In this document: one piece after another, positions 45,587-58,900 of the stretch
How positions within the stretch are numbered: the first letter of the stretch is position 1
How the letters are laid out: every line of letters begins with the position of its first letter
Program-made: the position numbers and the translations under genes
Assembly: GCA_977017575.1 (NCBI GenBank)
Contig: CDRNVI010000225.1
Span: forward strand, 1-64,000
Length of the DNA: 64,000 bases
Origin: Paramoeba atlantica
Lineage: Eukaryota > Protista > Discosea
Direction of reading: 5' to 3'
The notes under the pieces: model-generated
Told to the model about the DNA's origin: nothing
The model's input: only the letters and a program-made list of their open reading frames with translations
The model's database searches: none

Positions 45587-46432
45587 CGAATCGATTTTGT
45601 GTTGTTTCATTATGGTTCAAGGTGTTTCTTTTTCGTTGTTAATGGTGATTGGTGGTATTTCTTTTTCTCTCTCTTTCTTTCAATTCTTTGCAATTTTGCA
45701 CTCCATTTACGACTCTGGATGTTATCAGCCATCAAAAGTAGAATGAAGGAAAGTTTGACTTTCAAGAGAAATCTGAGTGCGAGTATGCTACTTTCAATCT
45801 TAAACCTCGAGCATGTTTGGGGAAACGAATGGCTGAATTGGAAGCTGCTGTCTTGATGTGTGTTTTGTTACCTCGATTTAAGTTTTTAAGTTGAAGGAAG
45901 GGTTTGAGCCCAAATTTGTGACGAGTGCAATTTTGTTTTGCCAAAATGGCTTACAATTTAATGTATCAAAAAGAAAATAAATTATTACGTTTTTATCGGA
46001 AAGAATGAAAACATTGTTGTTGTTGAGAAACTCAGTACGTCAGGAACTCAGGATCTCAGGAACGACAAAAATTTCCTTTTTGTTTTTCTTTTTGTGAGAA
46101 GAAAAAGGGAAGAGAGAAGAGAAGAGAAGAGAGAAGAAAAGAGAGAGAGAGAAAGAGATGGGGGGAAGAGAGAAGAGATATTCTTCTTCTTCTTCTTCTT
46201 ATTTGTTGATTGTTTTGTTTCTTTTTCTCTTTCTTTTTGAGGTTGTTTTTTCTATTTCGAGGGTTGATCGGCTGAGGGTCGATCGAGTCAAGAAAGAAAA
46301 GTAATTTTTTCTCTTTTCTTTTTCTTTTTCTTTTTCTTTTTCTTTTTCTTTTTCTTTTTCTTTCTCTTTTTCAGAGGTCACTCAATTCTCCTCTCCTCTT
46401 CTCTTTTCTTCTCCTTCTCTTCTCTTTTATAG

Positions 46433-46776
46433 GAATAAAAAGGGTGAAAAACATGGTCTTCCTCAGAGACGTTCTCTCTCTTCTCTTTTATTTTTTTATT
46501 TTACATTTTGTTTCTTTTTTCTCTTTTTCTTTTTCTTTTTCTCTTCATTCTTTTTCTTTTCTCTTCTCTTCTTTTCTTTCTTTTTATTTCATTTATTTAT
46601 TTATTAATTAATTAATTTCTTTAATAAATAGAAATGGTTGATATATTTAAAGAAATTGGTTTAAAATCAAAAAAAGAAAATGGAAAATCTTTTGGAGTTT
46701 CTTATCGTCCAATGAATGATGGAGGAGGTTTTCTTCTTCTTTCTTCTTCTTCTTTTTTTCTTCTTTCTTCTTCTTT

Positions 46777-46839
<63 letters not shown>

Positions 46840-48348
46840 CTTTTTTCTGTTTTTTTTTTTTTTTTTTTTGTTCATTTTCTTTTTCTTTTCTGTTCTTCTT
46901 TGTTCTTTTCTCTCCTTTCTTTTCTCTCCTTTCTTTCTCTCCTTTCTTTCTCTTTTCATTTTTTTTTTGAATACAATAAATAGGAGCAAGAGGGATGCGT
47001 TGGCTTTCAAGTTTTATTCTTGCTCGTTTTCTTGGACTTGATGTATTTTTTTCTTTCTTTCTTTCTTCTTTTTTAAAATCTAAATTCTTGAATTGATTGT
47101 AATAATTAACTGATTTATTTTTTTATTCTTTTTATTTTTTTATTCTTTTTATTTTTTTATTCTTTTTATTTATTATCCTTTTTTCTTTTTCTTATTTGTT
47201 TCTTTCTTTCATTTCCTTTATTTGATTAAAATTTCATTTCCAATTGATTCATTTTTTTACAAAAGGTGATTCACAACAAATTTGAAGATGGAGGAGGAGT
47301 GAGTGCATTTCAATTTGAGGTTTTGTATTTAATTCTCTTTTTGAAAATCCACATTTTAAGAAAACATAGAAAAGAAGAGTCAAGAATTTTATTTTTCAGA
47401 AGAATTTTAAAAAATAAAATTTTATTATTTATAAGATTTATTTTTATTTATTTTATTATTTATTTTATTATTTATTTTATTATTTATTTTATTATTTATT
47501 TTATTCGAGAATATTAATTTATTCAATAGGGAGAATACTGCCATAAAGTAAATGAGATAAATTCTAAAATGGTTTCTTTCTTTTATTCTTTTTTCTCTTT
47601 TCTTCTCTCTTCTCTCCTTTTGTCTTTTCTTTTTTGAACTTGCTTGTTTCTCATATCACTTTCACTTTCTTTCCTATCCTTTCCTTTCCTTTCCTTTCTC
47701 TTTCTCTTTCTCTTCTCTTTCTCTTCTCTTTCTTTTCTTTCTTTTCTCTTTCTTTAAAAGATTTTTCGATGTTACGAATCAAAATGGGATGAATTTTTGG
47801 CAACAAAAAAATTCTCACTCAACATTTCTTCAATACCAAAAAATCCTTGTCCGATGGAAACAACGTTTTTTCTCTCTTCCCTTTTTCTCTCTCTTCCCTT
47901 TTTTTCTCTCTCTTCCCTTTTTCTCTCTTCCCTTTTTCTCTCTCTTCCCTTTTCCCTTTTCCTCTCTTCCCTTTTTCTCTCTTCCCTTTTTTCTCTCTTT
48001 TTCTTTTGGAAAAAAACTAAATTCTTCTTTTCTTTTCTTTTGTTTCTCTTTTCTTTTCTTCCTTTCTCTCTTTTCTCTCTTTTCTTTTGTTTCTTTTGTT
48101 TCTTTCTTTCCTTTCTCACCAGCCAATATGAAATCAATGAGGAAACAATTGAAAAAGTTCTCCACCCAACAAATGAAAACCAAAAAATATTATCTCAAAA
48201 CTCGAAAAGTAATAATAAAAAAGAAAATGAAAAAGAAAATGAAATCGAAAATGGAAATTGTGACTCTGTTTCTGTGAGTGGATCTGGTCGTATTTCCGAG
48301 AAACTTTATGTTCTTTTTTTTATTCATTTATTTTATTTATTTTATTTA

Positions 48349-48411
<63 letters not shown>

Positions 48412-51291
48412 ATTTATTTCTTTTTTTTTTCTTGATATTTTTTTATTTTTTTATTTATTTTTTTTATTTATTTTTTTATTTTATTTTTTATTTATTTCTT
48501 TTATTTCTTGACTGAATATCAATTTTCATTCAGAATGCAGAATCCTATTTCCCTCGATTGCGAGGTTTTTTTTTCCAAGAAACTTCTTTCCCTCTCTTCC
48601 TTTCCTCCTCTCCTTTCTCTTCCTCCTCTCTCCTCCCTCTCTCCTCTCTCCTCCCTCCTCCCTCTTCCCTTTCTTCTCTCTCCCCTCTCTCTCTCCCCTC
48701 TCTCTCTTTCTCTCTCTCCCCTCTCTCTCTCTCCTCTCTCTTTCTCTCTTTCTCTCTCTCTCTCCTAACAAAAAAAAACAAAAAAAGAAACTCTTTCAAG
48801 TTGGAGATCAGAAGTGTTGAGATTCCCAAGAGAAGGGTTTGAAGAGGAGGCAGAGTGTATGTTTCAGCCTTCTGGTATTAATGTTGCTGTTCATCTTCGT
48901 AGGTTTTATTTTTATTTTATTTATTATTTTATTTTTATTTTATTTTATTTTATTTTATTTTATTTATTATTTATTATTTATTATTTATTATTTATTATTT
49001 ATTATTTATTATTTATTATTTATTATTTATTATTTATTATTTATTATTTTATTTATTATTTTATTTATTATTTTATTTATTATTTTATTTATTATTTTTT
49101 AATTTTTTTTTTGATGTGTTTTTTTTTGGTTTTTTTTTAAAGTGATTTTGCGTATGTTTCTTTCACTCTCTCTTTTTCTCTTTTTCTCTTTTTCTCTTCT
49201 TTCTTTTTTTAAATCATTAAAAAAATAAAAAAAAGAGGAGACAAACGTATGAGTCGAGATTATCCAATTGGTTATCAAAATCAAGTTTTTTCTCTTTTTT
49301 TTCTCTTTTTTTATGAGTATTTTACACTCATTTCATTTTTTTATTATTAGCATCTTCTTCGAATGTTACATGAAATTGCAAAAGAAATTGATCCTGGTTT
49401 TCTTTTTCTTCTCTTCTCTTTCTTTTCTCTTTTCTTTCTTTTCTTTCCTCCCTTTCTTTTTTCTTTTTTCTCTAATTGAATGAATTTCACAAGAAAAACT
49501 TTTTTTTCTGTTTTGAGTTTTTTCTTTTTTTTCTCACTTCCTTTTCCCCTCTTTTTCTTCTCTCTTCTCTCTCTTCTCTCTCTTCTCTCTTTCTCTCTCT
49601 TTCTCTCTTCTCTCTCTTCTCTTCTCAGAGACATACCATTTACTCGTCCCCCCTCGAGAGAAAGAGAAAAAAGGAAATGGAGAAGAGAAAATATTCAGAA
49701 CCAAATCAGAAACAAGAAAAGGAAAGAGAGAGAAAGGAAGAAAGAGAGAGAAAGTGGAAAAGGAACAAGATAGAGAGGAGAGAGAGAGAGAGAGGGAAGA
49801 GAGGAATGATGTGAGAAGGAAGGAGAGGATGGAAAAAGCAAAGAGAGAAGAGAGAGAGAGAGAGAGAGAGAAGAAAGAGAATTACTTTGCGAGGACTTTT
49901 CGAATAATGAATTCTGAAAAAGAAACAAAAATTAATTTTCATATTTTTACTGAAATTGATAATGTTTTTTTTTCTTTTCTTTTTCTTTTCTTTTGTCTTT
50001 TCTTTTCTTTTTTCTTTTCTTTTTTCTTTTTCTTTTTTCTTTTCTTTTCTTTTTCTTTTTCCCTTCTACTCTCCTCCTCTCTTTCTCATTTCTCTTTTTC
50101 TTCTCTCAGTGTCCCAAACCTGTTTCTCAAGAAGACTTTCACAATTACCAGGTCATTTTTTTGAGTTCATTTTTAAAAAATTATGTGATTGTTCTTTATT
50201 TATTCATTATTTCTTCATTATTATTTCTTTCTTCTTTCTTTCTTCTTTCTTCTTTCTTTCTTCTTTCTTCTTTCTTCTTTCTTCTTTCTTTCTTATTATT
50301 TATTAGTCTTCAAATAATAAAAATAAATAATTTTAATAGGATTCAGGAAAATCAATGGGATATTATTTCAAAGAAAACCCTTCTTCTCTCTCAGTATCTC
50401 TCTCTTTTTCTTCTCTCTTCTTTCTTTCTCTTTCCTTTCTCTCTCCCTCTTTCCTTTCTCTCTCTTCTTCTTCTCTCTTTCTTATTTTTCTATTTTAGAA
50501 AGTTTCTTCAAAATCAAGAACTTTTTCTACTCCTGGATATGCAGAATGGGCAAATGATTTACCAAAAAAAGGTTTTTTTATTTTATTTTATTTTATTTTA
50601 TTTTTATTTATCTTTTCTTTTCTTTTCCCCTCTATCTTTCTCTCTCTTCCTCTCTCTCTTTTCTCTTCTCTTCTCTTCTCTTCTCTTCTCTTCTCTCTCT
50701 CTCTCTTCCCCCAAGAAAATGGACTCGGATCACAAAACAAAGACAAAAAATATATGATAATTGATGAGTTGGCAATGTGGGATTTGGAGCCGAGAGATTG
50801 TTTTTATTCTTTTCTTTCTGATTGTCCTTCTAATTATATGTTTGATTTTTTTTTGGGGGAGAAGAGAGAGAGAGAGAGAGAACAGAGAGAGAACAGAGAA
50901 AGAGAAGAGAGTAAATTCAAAATAATGAATAAATTAATTAACTCGATTAAAATAAAAATAAAAATAAAAATAAAAATAAAAACTAAAAAAAAAACTAAAA
51001 AAAAATATTAGGTGTTCGGCTTATTATCGAAAAAGATGTGCTGATGAAGTAAAATTCTCCTTTTTCTTTCTTCTTTATCTTTTTTTCTTCTCTCTCTTTC
51101 TTCTCTCTCTTTCTCTCTCTTTTTTTCTTCTCTCTCTTTCTCTCTCTATTTTTCTTTTGTTCCCTCACAAACAACAACTTCTCTTTCTCTTTCTTTCTCC
51201 CTTTCTCTCTCTTTTCTCATGTCTGTCTCTTCTTTCTCTTAAGGTTTTTTGTGAGTCTTTTCCCTCTGGTGTTTGGCGAGTAAAGGTTCTC

Positions 51292-51342
<51 letters not shown>

Positions 51343-52404
51343 CTCTTTCTTTCTCTTTCTCTCTTTCTTTTGTGTTTCTCTTCTAATTGTTCTTTTTTAG
51401 AGTGGAAGAGGATTGGGATTTTTGCCTTTTAATGTTTTTGTGTAATATATTTTAAAATTCTTTTCTTTTTTCTCTTTTCTTTTTCTCTTTCTCTTTCTCT
51501 TTTTCTTTTCTTTTTTTTAATATTTTTGCATTGGCGAACTCTTTCTCTCCTCTTTTTCTCTCTCTCTTTTCTTTTTCTTCTCTTTTAGGCATGTCAATGG
51601 TCCACCAGAAGAGAGTATTTATTGCATGAGTCAAGTCTTCTTTTCTTTGTCTCTCTTTTTTGATTTCTCTTTCTAAGTTTTTTCTCTTCCATTTTCTCTA
51701 TCTCTTTCTTTTCTTTCTCTTTCTCTTTCTCTTCTCTCTAGGCTGATATCATTTGGGGTGTGTGTTCAACATTCTCTCAACTCTCTCTCTTTCTCTCTCC
51801 TCCAGAAAAAGCATTAAAATTGTACAGTTCAAATTGTGGAATGCCTGTTGAGAGGTTTCTCTTCTTCTTTCTCTTTCTCCCTTTTCTCTCTTTCCCTCTT
51901 TTCCTCTTTTCTTCCCTTTCTTTCTTTTCCTTTTCATTCTCTGTTTTCTTACTCTTTTTCTTTCTTTTCTCTTCAATCAGACAACATATTGGGCTTGTCC
52001 GAGCTGAAAATTTTTCACATTGGGTTGCTACCAAGGTCTCTCTTTTCTCTCTCTCTTCTTTTCTTTTCTTTATTTTTTAAGTAAAATGAATAACAATTTT
52101 TGACTCTGAATTATTTTAGAATGAAAGAGTTCCTCTTCTTGTTTTTCCTGAAACATTTCCAAATTCAATTCAAAACTGGAAAAAAGGGTTTTTTTTTGTT
52201 TCTCTCTTTACTCTTCTCTCTCTCTCTCTTCTCTTTTTCGGTCTGTTTTGATCTTCTTTTCTCTTTTCTCTAGATGGACTTTGGATGGCAAGAGGAAAGA
52301 AAGGAGAGCCTTTCAAGGATACCGAAAAAATGAGAACAATGATTTTGCAGGATCATTTTCTCCTTTACCTTTGGTTTTCCTTTCTATTCCCTTTCTTGTT
52401 CTGA
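46433..52404 (+). CDS. GT-B fucosyltransferase-like protein (GT11/GT23-type motifs) in many short exons among low-complexity introns
   Basis: Splicing 48902 to 49236 gives GINVAVHLRRGDK. Splicing the exon ending about 51633 to 51742 gives ...CMSQADIIWGVCSTFSQ. Both match fucosyltransferase motifs. Ends and many exons unresolved. Confidence 0.55.
46779..46839. repeat. 61-nt poly-T run in an intronic low-complexity region
   Basis: Uninterrupted T run. Neighbouring introns carry (TTATTTA)n, (TTTCTTTTA)n and CT-rich tandem repeats. Confidence 0.9.
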
Positions 52405-52635
52405 AAATTTGTTTTTTAATTTTACTTTTCTCTTTCTTTTTTAGAAAAAAATTATTCGTGACAAAAAACGAGAAACACATTTTTGAGGAAGAACTTTGTG
52501 GTCACACCCCCAAAAAAATTGATTTTAAATAATTTTTATTTATGATAAATAACTTGTTCAGCTCGAAAAAAAAAAGCTCATTCTTTTCATGAAAAATTAC
52601 GTTTCCTGGAAACTGCTTCTGCGCCTCCCTCTTTT

Positions 52636-55600
52636 CTACCTTGGACTTCTTGGGGTCCTTGGTGTGTTCGGATCGACATTTCCCCAAATTCTAGCATCTC
52701 GTTGAACAACCGATTCAAGTCCAAAGAAATGAGCCGTTTCAGGGTGTGAAGCGAGTATAAATAAGATAATCAAAAATATCCAAACTGTGCCAAGGAGAGC
52801 AAGAGAGACAATTCTAAATGTTGTCCAATCTTCTCCACTTTCCGAAAACGAAAAGAGAACTCCAAAATTGGACAAATGTGAACAAATGCAAACAACTCTC
52901 CCATTCTTTAAATCTTCCTCTGATAATTTACAACCACTTAAATCGAATAAGCAATCTGAACCCGCAAGAAATGCACACAACGTTTCATTCATTTCAACTT
53001 TATCATCCTCAAGATCAAATCGGCTATTGGTCTTTGATTTTGAATTGGCAAATGTGATTTCTCCTCCGAAATTCTGGCGATTTTCTCCATTCTCACCAAG
53101 TTCATAAAAAATATGAATTTCAAGCTCAGGATTACTCACTTCAATGACCGCAGGTTCTCCTCCATCCAATCGCACAGTGATTGTCATTCCTTCGATTTGT
53201 GATCCTGCACTCAAAAACCCATCATCATCACTCCCATTGTCACTCTCTTCAGATAGAGACGGGGAGGAGCATTGCTCCGCAACTTGTGATCGTTGAAGCA
53301 ACACACAATACAAAGATTCAGATGTTTGTTGTTCATCAAAATTCTCATCAGACCAAGCAAGAATTAAATCAGAAATAAAAGAGGGCAAGACAAAATAAGT
53401 TGCTGTTGTATCTTCTGGGGTGATTGGAACCAACGTCTCTCCGTCGCCCAATTCAGTAACCGAACGAGTGAAAGCAAAGTAAGCCACAGTCTCTCCTGAG
53501 AAAAGAAACTCCTCCCCACAAAAGTCAGTATCAGTTGTCAAGAGATCCTGAACCCTGTCGAGGATTTCATTCACATCATCAAAGGAAATTGAACTCTCAT
53601 CAGATCCGGTCGTCACTTGATCTAAAACAGTTAAAGCAACTGTTGGAGGGAATGAATTCGATTGTGTGGCTTCATCAAGAGCCTGATAGTTTTCATCTTC
53701 ATTGTTTCCATTACTTGAAGAGTAAACCAACAAATTCAGAATTAAATTTGCTTCTGGACCTGTCAAATCTGTCGGTAGCTTCCATAACAACAAAAGGTCC
53801 AGAAGTTCAAGAATCAAATCAATCGATTCATCTTCAATATCCGATGGAGGAGAGGATCCAAGAATGGCCAACAAAAGATTTCCCGCAATCATTGCCTCCC
53901 CTTCAGAAATCAGAACTTCCACTTTTTCCAAGAGAAGAGCCCATTCAGAATCACTAAGATCGTCTCCTCCTCCTCTGACCACAACAGCCAAGACATATCC
54001 AGATGAACATACTCCTCGAGTATTGCAAACAAGAACTCGAATCTTCACCTCAACATCCTCAGTATTTGCTGGAAAGAATATCTCAAGTGATGGTTCAATA
54101 ATTGGGTTCGAAATCATAACAAACCATTCATTGTTCACTTCAATCTCAAAAAGATATCCAAATGGTCCGTATTCACCTTCCCAATCAACGCATTCAATTG
54201 TGTAATTTGTGAGAGGATCAACAGGAGAATCAATGAAACATCTCCCACCAAATGGCGGAAGGAATGGTGAAAGAACACAAGATTGAAGAGTAGCCTCGAC
54301 CCAACCATCCAACACAGACCCATCATCAGGCAACAATGGAACAGCAGTGACTTGAAATTGAGCAGATTCTCCTGGCTCTAAAAATCCACCACGAAACACA
54401 ATTGTAAATGTTCCATTGTCCAATCCCTCAGAGGTGATGAAGTTTCCTCCAAATTGTAAATCACATGGTGGATCATCACACAATTGATCCATCGTAACAT
54501 TTTCTCGATGGTCAGAATCTTCATTCTCCCACTTTTCACCTGACCAACGAATAGAAATCAAAGCTGAAGAATCATCTGACAATACCTCATCCCAAGAATC
54601 TGAATCTATTCGTATCTGAAGTGTGATTGTGTGGTCACTGACCACTGATCCGCACGTTAAAAGGGACAGTTCAGAAAAGGTGAACAAAACAAATGATGAT
54701 TCTGTTTTATGAACCACAACAGAACCACCAGCAGTCCAACCACCAAAATCATCTTCGACTGGCATACAAAATGTCATTGTCAAAATCCACACAGTCACCA
54801 AAGGACTTTCTTCAGGATACTCAATCACAAGAGAAGGATTATTACCATCAACATCGATAATGGGAGAAGTTCCAGGGCATACACTCCCTTCTGCATCTGG
54901 ATATCGACATCTCCATTCAGCCGTGATCTCCTCTTGCCCAATCGGACAAATGTTTGGATTTAGTACCTCCACTTCAATCTCCAAATCCCCCTTCTCAGAT
55001 GACCACAAAAATTCACTTCCTTTGGCAAACACAATCGAGGGCTCAATCCAAACTGAGGTATCAATGAGATAAGTATACTCTCCCACTCCAACATTAATCT
55101 CAGAGAATGAAGGGAGCGCATTTGGAGGGATGAGAAGTCCGTCTACGGAACAAGAACAACCTTGACAGATATTAGAAGGACAATCGCGTGAAGGACAAAG
55201 TTCGCACGGATCAGAGAGAGTGAGATTATCAAAATAGGTCCAAATAAAAGGGAGGGAGGAAGATAGTGCTTCCAGATACAATCTTGATGATGCTGATGCT
55301 GTAATTGGGATTGTGTGAGGGGGAAGTGTTTGAGTTGGGGAAGGGGAAGGTGAGGGCGAGGGTGAGGGTGATGGGGATGTTGATGGGGATGGTAAGGGGG
55401 ATGGGGAGGGGGATGGGGATGGTGAGGGGGATGGGGAAGGAGATGGTGAGTGGGATGGAAAAGGAGAGAAGAAAGGCGATGGGGAAGGGGATGGTGAGGG
55501 CGAGAGAGATGGAGATGGCGATGGTGATGGAGATGGGGAGGGCGATGGTAAGAATGTAGGTGATGGAGAGAAAGAAGGTGACGGTGAAGGTGAGGGAGCT

Positions 55601-55682
55601 GGAGATGAGATGGAGAGGGATGGGGATGGAGATGGGGATGGGGATGGGGAGAAGAAAGGAGAAGGAGAATATGAGGGTGAAG

Positions 55683-55714
<32 letters not shown>

Positions 55715-55880
55715 AGAGGTGAGAAAAAAAGAGAAGGTGAGGGCGAGGGCGAGGGCGAGAGAAATGGTGATGGTGATGGTGAAGGAGAAGGTGATGGTGC
55801 AATGTATGGTGAGGGCGAGGGTGAGGGTGATGGAGAAAGAGATGGTGACGGTGACGGTGACGGTGATGGAAAGAGAGATG

Positions 55881-55919
<39 letters not shown>

Positions 55920-58900
55920 ATGGAGATAGAGATGGTGAAGGTGAGGGCGAGGATGAGGGTGAGGGTGAGGGTGAGGGTGATGGAGATAGAGATGGTGAAG
56001 GTGAGGGCGAGGATGAGGGCGAGGGTGAGGGTGACGGAGAAAGAAAAGGTGATGGTGAAGGTGAAGGAGATGGTGATGAGGAGAAGAAAGGAGAAGGTGA
56101 AGGGAAGGGTGAGGGGGATGGAGAGGGTGAGGGGGATGGAGAGGGTGAGAGAGATGGTGAGGGTGAGGGAGAGGGTGAAGGTGAAGGTGAAAGAAATGGT
56201 GAAGGTGAAGGTGAAGGGAATGGAGATGGTGAGATGTATGGTAGAGGCGATGGAGAGGGTGAATAAGAAGGCGATGGAGAGGGAGAAGGTGAGGGAGAAA
56301 ATGAGAAGGAAGGAGATGGAGACGGAGAAGGAGATGGGGATGGAGATGGAGATGGAGAGAGAAATGGTGAGGGTGAGGGTGAGGGTGAAGGGGAGATATG
56401 TGGTGATGGTGATGGGGAGAGAGATGGTGATGGAGAAGGTGAGGGTGAGGGAGAGAGAAAAGGAGAAGGTGAATGAGATGGCGAAGGGAATGGAGAAGGT
56501 GATGGAGAAGGTGAGATGGAGGGAGAAGGCGAAGGAGATGGCGAAAGAGAAGGAGAAGGAGATGGAGAAGGAGAATGTGAGGGAAAAGGGAAAGGAGAAG
56601 GAGAAGGAGAAGGAGAGGGAGAAGGAGAAGGAGAAGGAGAGGGAGAAGGAGAAGGAGAAGGAGAGGGAGAAGGAGAAGGAGAAGGAGATGGAGAAGGAGG
56701 AAAACCCGGGCAAATACTCCCAGAATATGACATGGATGAATCTGGGGAGAGATAAGGGCATTCAGCAATTTTTTCTAGAACTGCCGTTGTGTTGCAGTTC
56801 CCTTCTTCAGTTTCTTCAACTCCATTCACAAAAACATCACAGATAAGAGCAGCATCAGTAAAATCTACCCCCACAAGGGAATTAGACAGATCCATTTGGA
56901 TAAGATCAGAAATTGAATAAGATGAGAAAGAAAAGCCACCATCCGGGGAGGCGATGCGGAATCCTGAAACGGATGTCAATTCAAATTCCCAATCCCAGTA
57001 GCTTGGAATATTTGTTGCATTACTTTCGATACGTATCTCAACACTACACATTATTCCAGATAGCACCAAATCAGATGAAAAATAAATGGAATAACTCCCA
57101 ATTGGAAACTCCTCGTCAGTATTCATTTCGACAAAAATCTTCACATTGTACCACTGAATATTTCTCATATCTGAGTCTACAACTCGGACTGGGAGAACAA
57201 GATGATTGGTGTCAAAGTCAATTTGGGAGAGCCAGAGAACATCTGTCCATATAGTTCGATCAAATGTTACAAAATTGAGTTCTATAAAACGATTTACACC
57301 ATCAGAGGGTGAGTCAGCAGTCGAATTCATTGAACCATAACCCTCGATAATCCATTGACAAAAAGTGGAGTCAGACATATCAACTAGAAGAGCCGTGAAA
57401 ATGCTCGAACGGAATAGTTTCATCACAGTATTAGAATAAATTCTGAAATTTCGAAAGACACAATCACGCATATCCATCCAACCAGTCTCTGAAAAATTAT
57501 ACAATGCAGAGGAGGATTTACCCAAAGCAAAAACAACTGACCGAGCCTCTGCGCTACTTTCCTCTGTAAAACTTGCGGTGCAGTTGATAGTAAACCCATC
57601 AAACATAGAATGGGAGGTATTTACCCCTTTTCCTCCCAAGATATTAAATCCAGCCAAACGGCAATTCTCACAATCGTCTCCTGCAGTGTAAGAACCATCG
57701 AGAATAATTTCAACAGAAATCCAAGTCGAGTCAGGAGCAACCAGATTCATGAATGCAATTCCAAAAACAGGCTTTTTTGTCATAGGATTTTCTTCTGTGA
57801 CATTTGATCCTGTTAAGTTACCAGCAACATGGAGAGTTGTCTCGTACCAACGTGAATTGGTTCCTTCAAATTCATTCCATAATATCGCACCGAATCGCAT
57901 TCCATTTATCCCAAATCCATTTAAGAACATAATTCCATCCATCTTAAAGAGACAGCCCTGAAATACTGCGTTTCGGAAAGTGGTCTCTTGGAAGAAAATA
58001 CCACTGATAAACTCATAGTTATCTTCAATAACGTTCAATTCATAAGTCGAATCAGTTTCAATAATCACACTGACCCAATTCGCTTCATCAAAATCACAAT
58101 CCACAATTCCAACACCTCCTCGACTGACAAATCCTGAAGATGTAAAGGTTCTTGATCCACCAACTATAATCCTTGTGGTAATCCAAGCAGTATCATAGAA
58201 AGATGATTCTTCAATGAGAACAAGGAAATCAGGAAGAGGAGTTTCAGAAGAAACATTGGTAACAATAATTGAAGAGTCAGTCCAAACAGAGTGATCAAAG
58301 GTCGATTTGGTGATGATCACTTCAGAATTTGCATAGAATTCACAAAAATCAAAAGTAGCTGAAACAAAGATTGAGGAATCAATTGTGATCTTGTCACAAT
58401 CAGGGAATGTCACATTGATGAAAGAGACGTCAGTGTAGTTTTCTCCAATAATATCGCAAGAAGGCCATACACATCCTGTGATTGATTTTAAAAATGGAAA
58501 GAAAGAAAAAGACAAAAAAACAATCTTTGTCAAGAGAATTATCAAAGTGTTGTATCAACTAAAAAAAAGAAAAATGAAAAGAATGAAAGAAAGAAATAGA
58601 GAAACCAGAATGAACACTGTTTTGAAGACCACAGTCCTGGAAAGCAGGACAAACACCACCAGAATTAGGTGCTGTTGCATCCGAAGAAAGATAAGGACAA
58701 GCATCAAATCTCTCAAGAACTTCTTCGGAACTGCAGTTTCCTTTGTCATCAATCTCCCCCTCATTCACAACCACATCACAGATAAGAGTGGCGTTATCAA
58801 AATCAACTTGATTAACTACTGAGAAGTCAAACTGGACAATGGTGGTACCCATCAGACCCACCGATTCAGAATCAATACTTGGAGCAGTGAAGCGAAATCC

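Noticed and set aside
46100-52300. Dozens of Phe/Leu/Ser- or Lys/Arg/Glu-rich ORFs, with similar ones at 17.9-18.5 kb, 26.4 kb and 29.5 kb
   Set aside because: Translations of CT/GA/AT microsatellite introns with no protein-like complexity.
55143-56846. Long alternative-frame and antisense ORFs (His/Leu-rich, Glu-Gly-rich, Arg/Val/Met-rich)
   Set aside because: These are shadows of the stop-free (Ser-Pro)n repeat.
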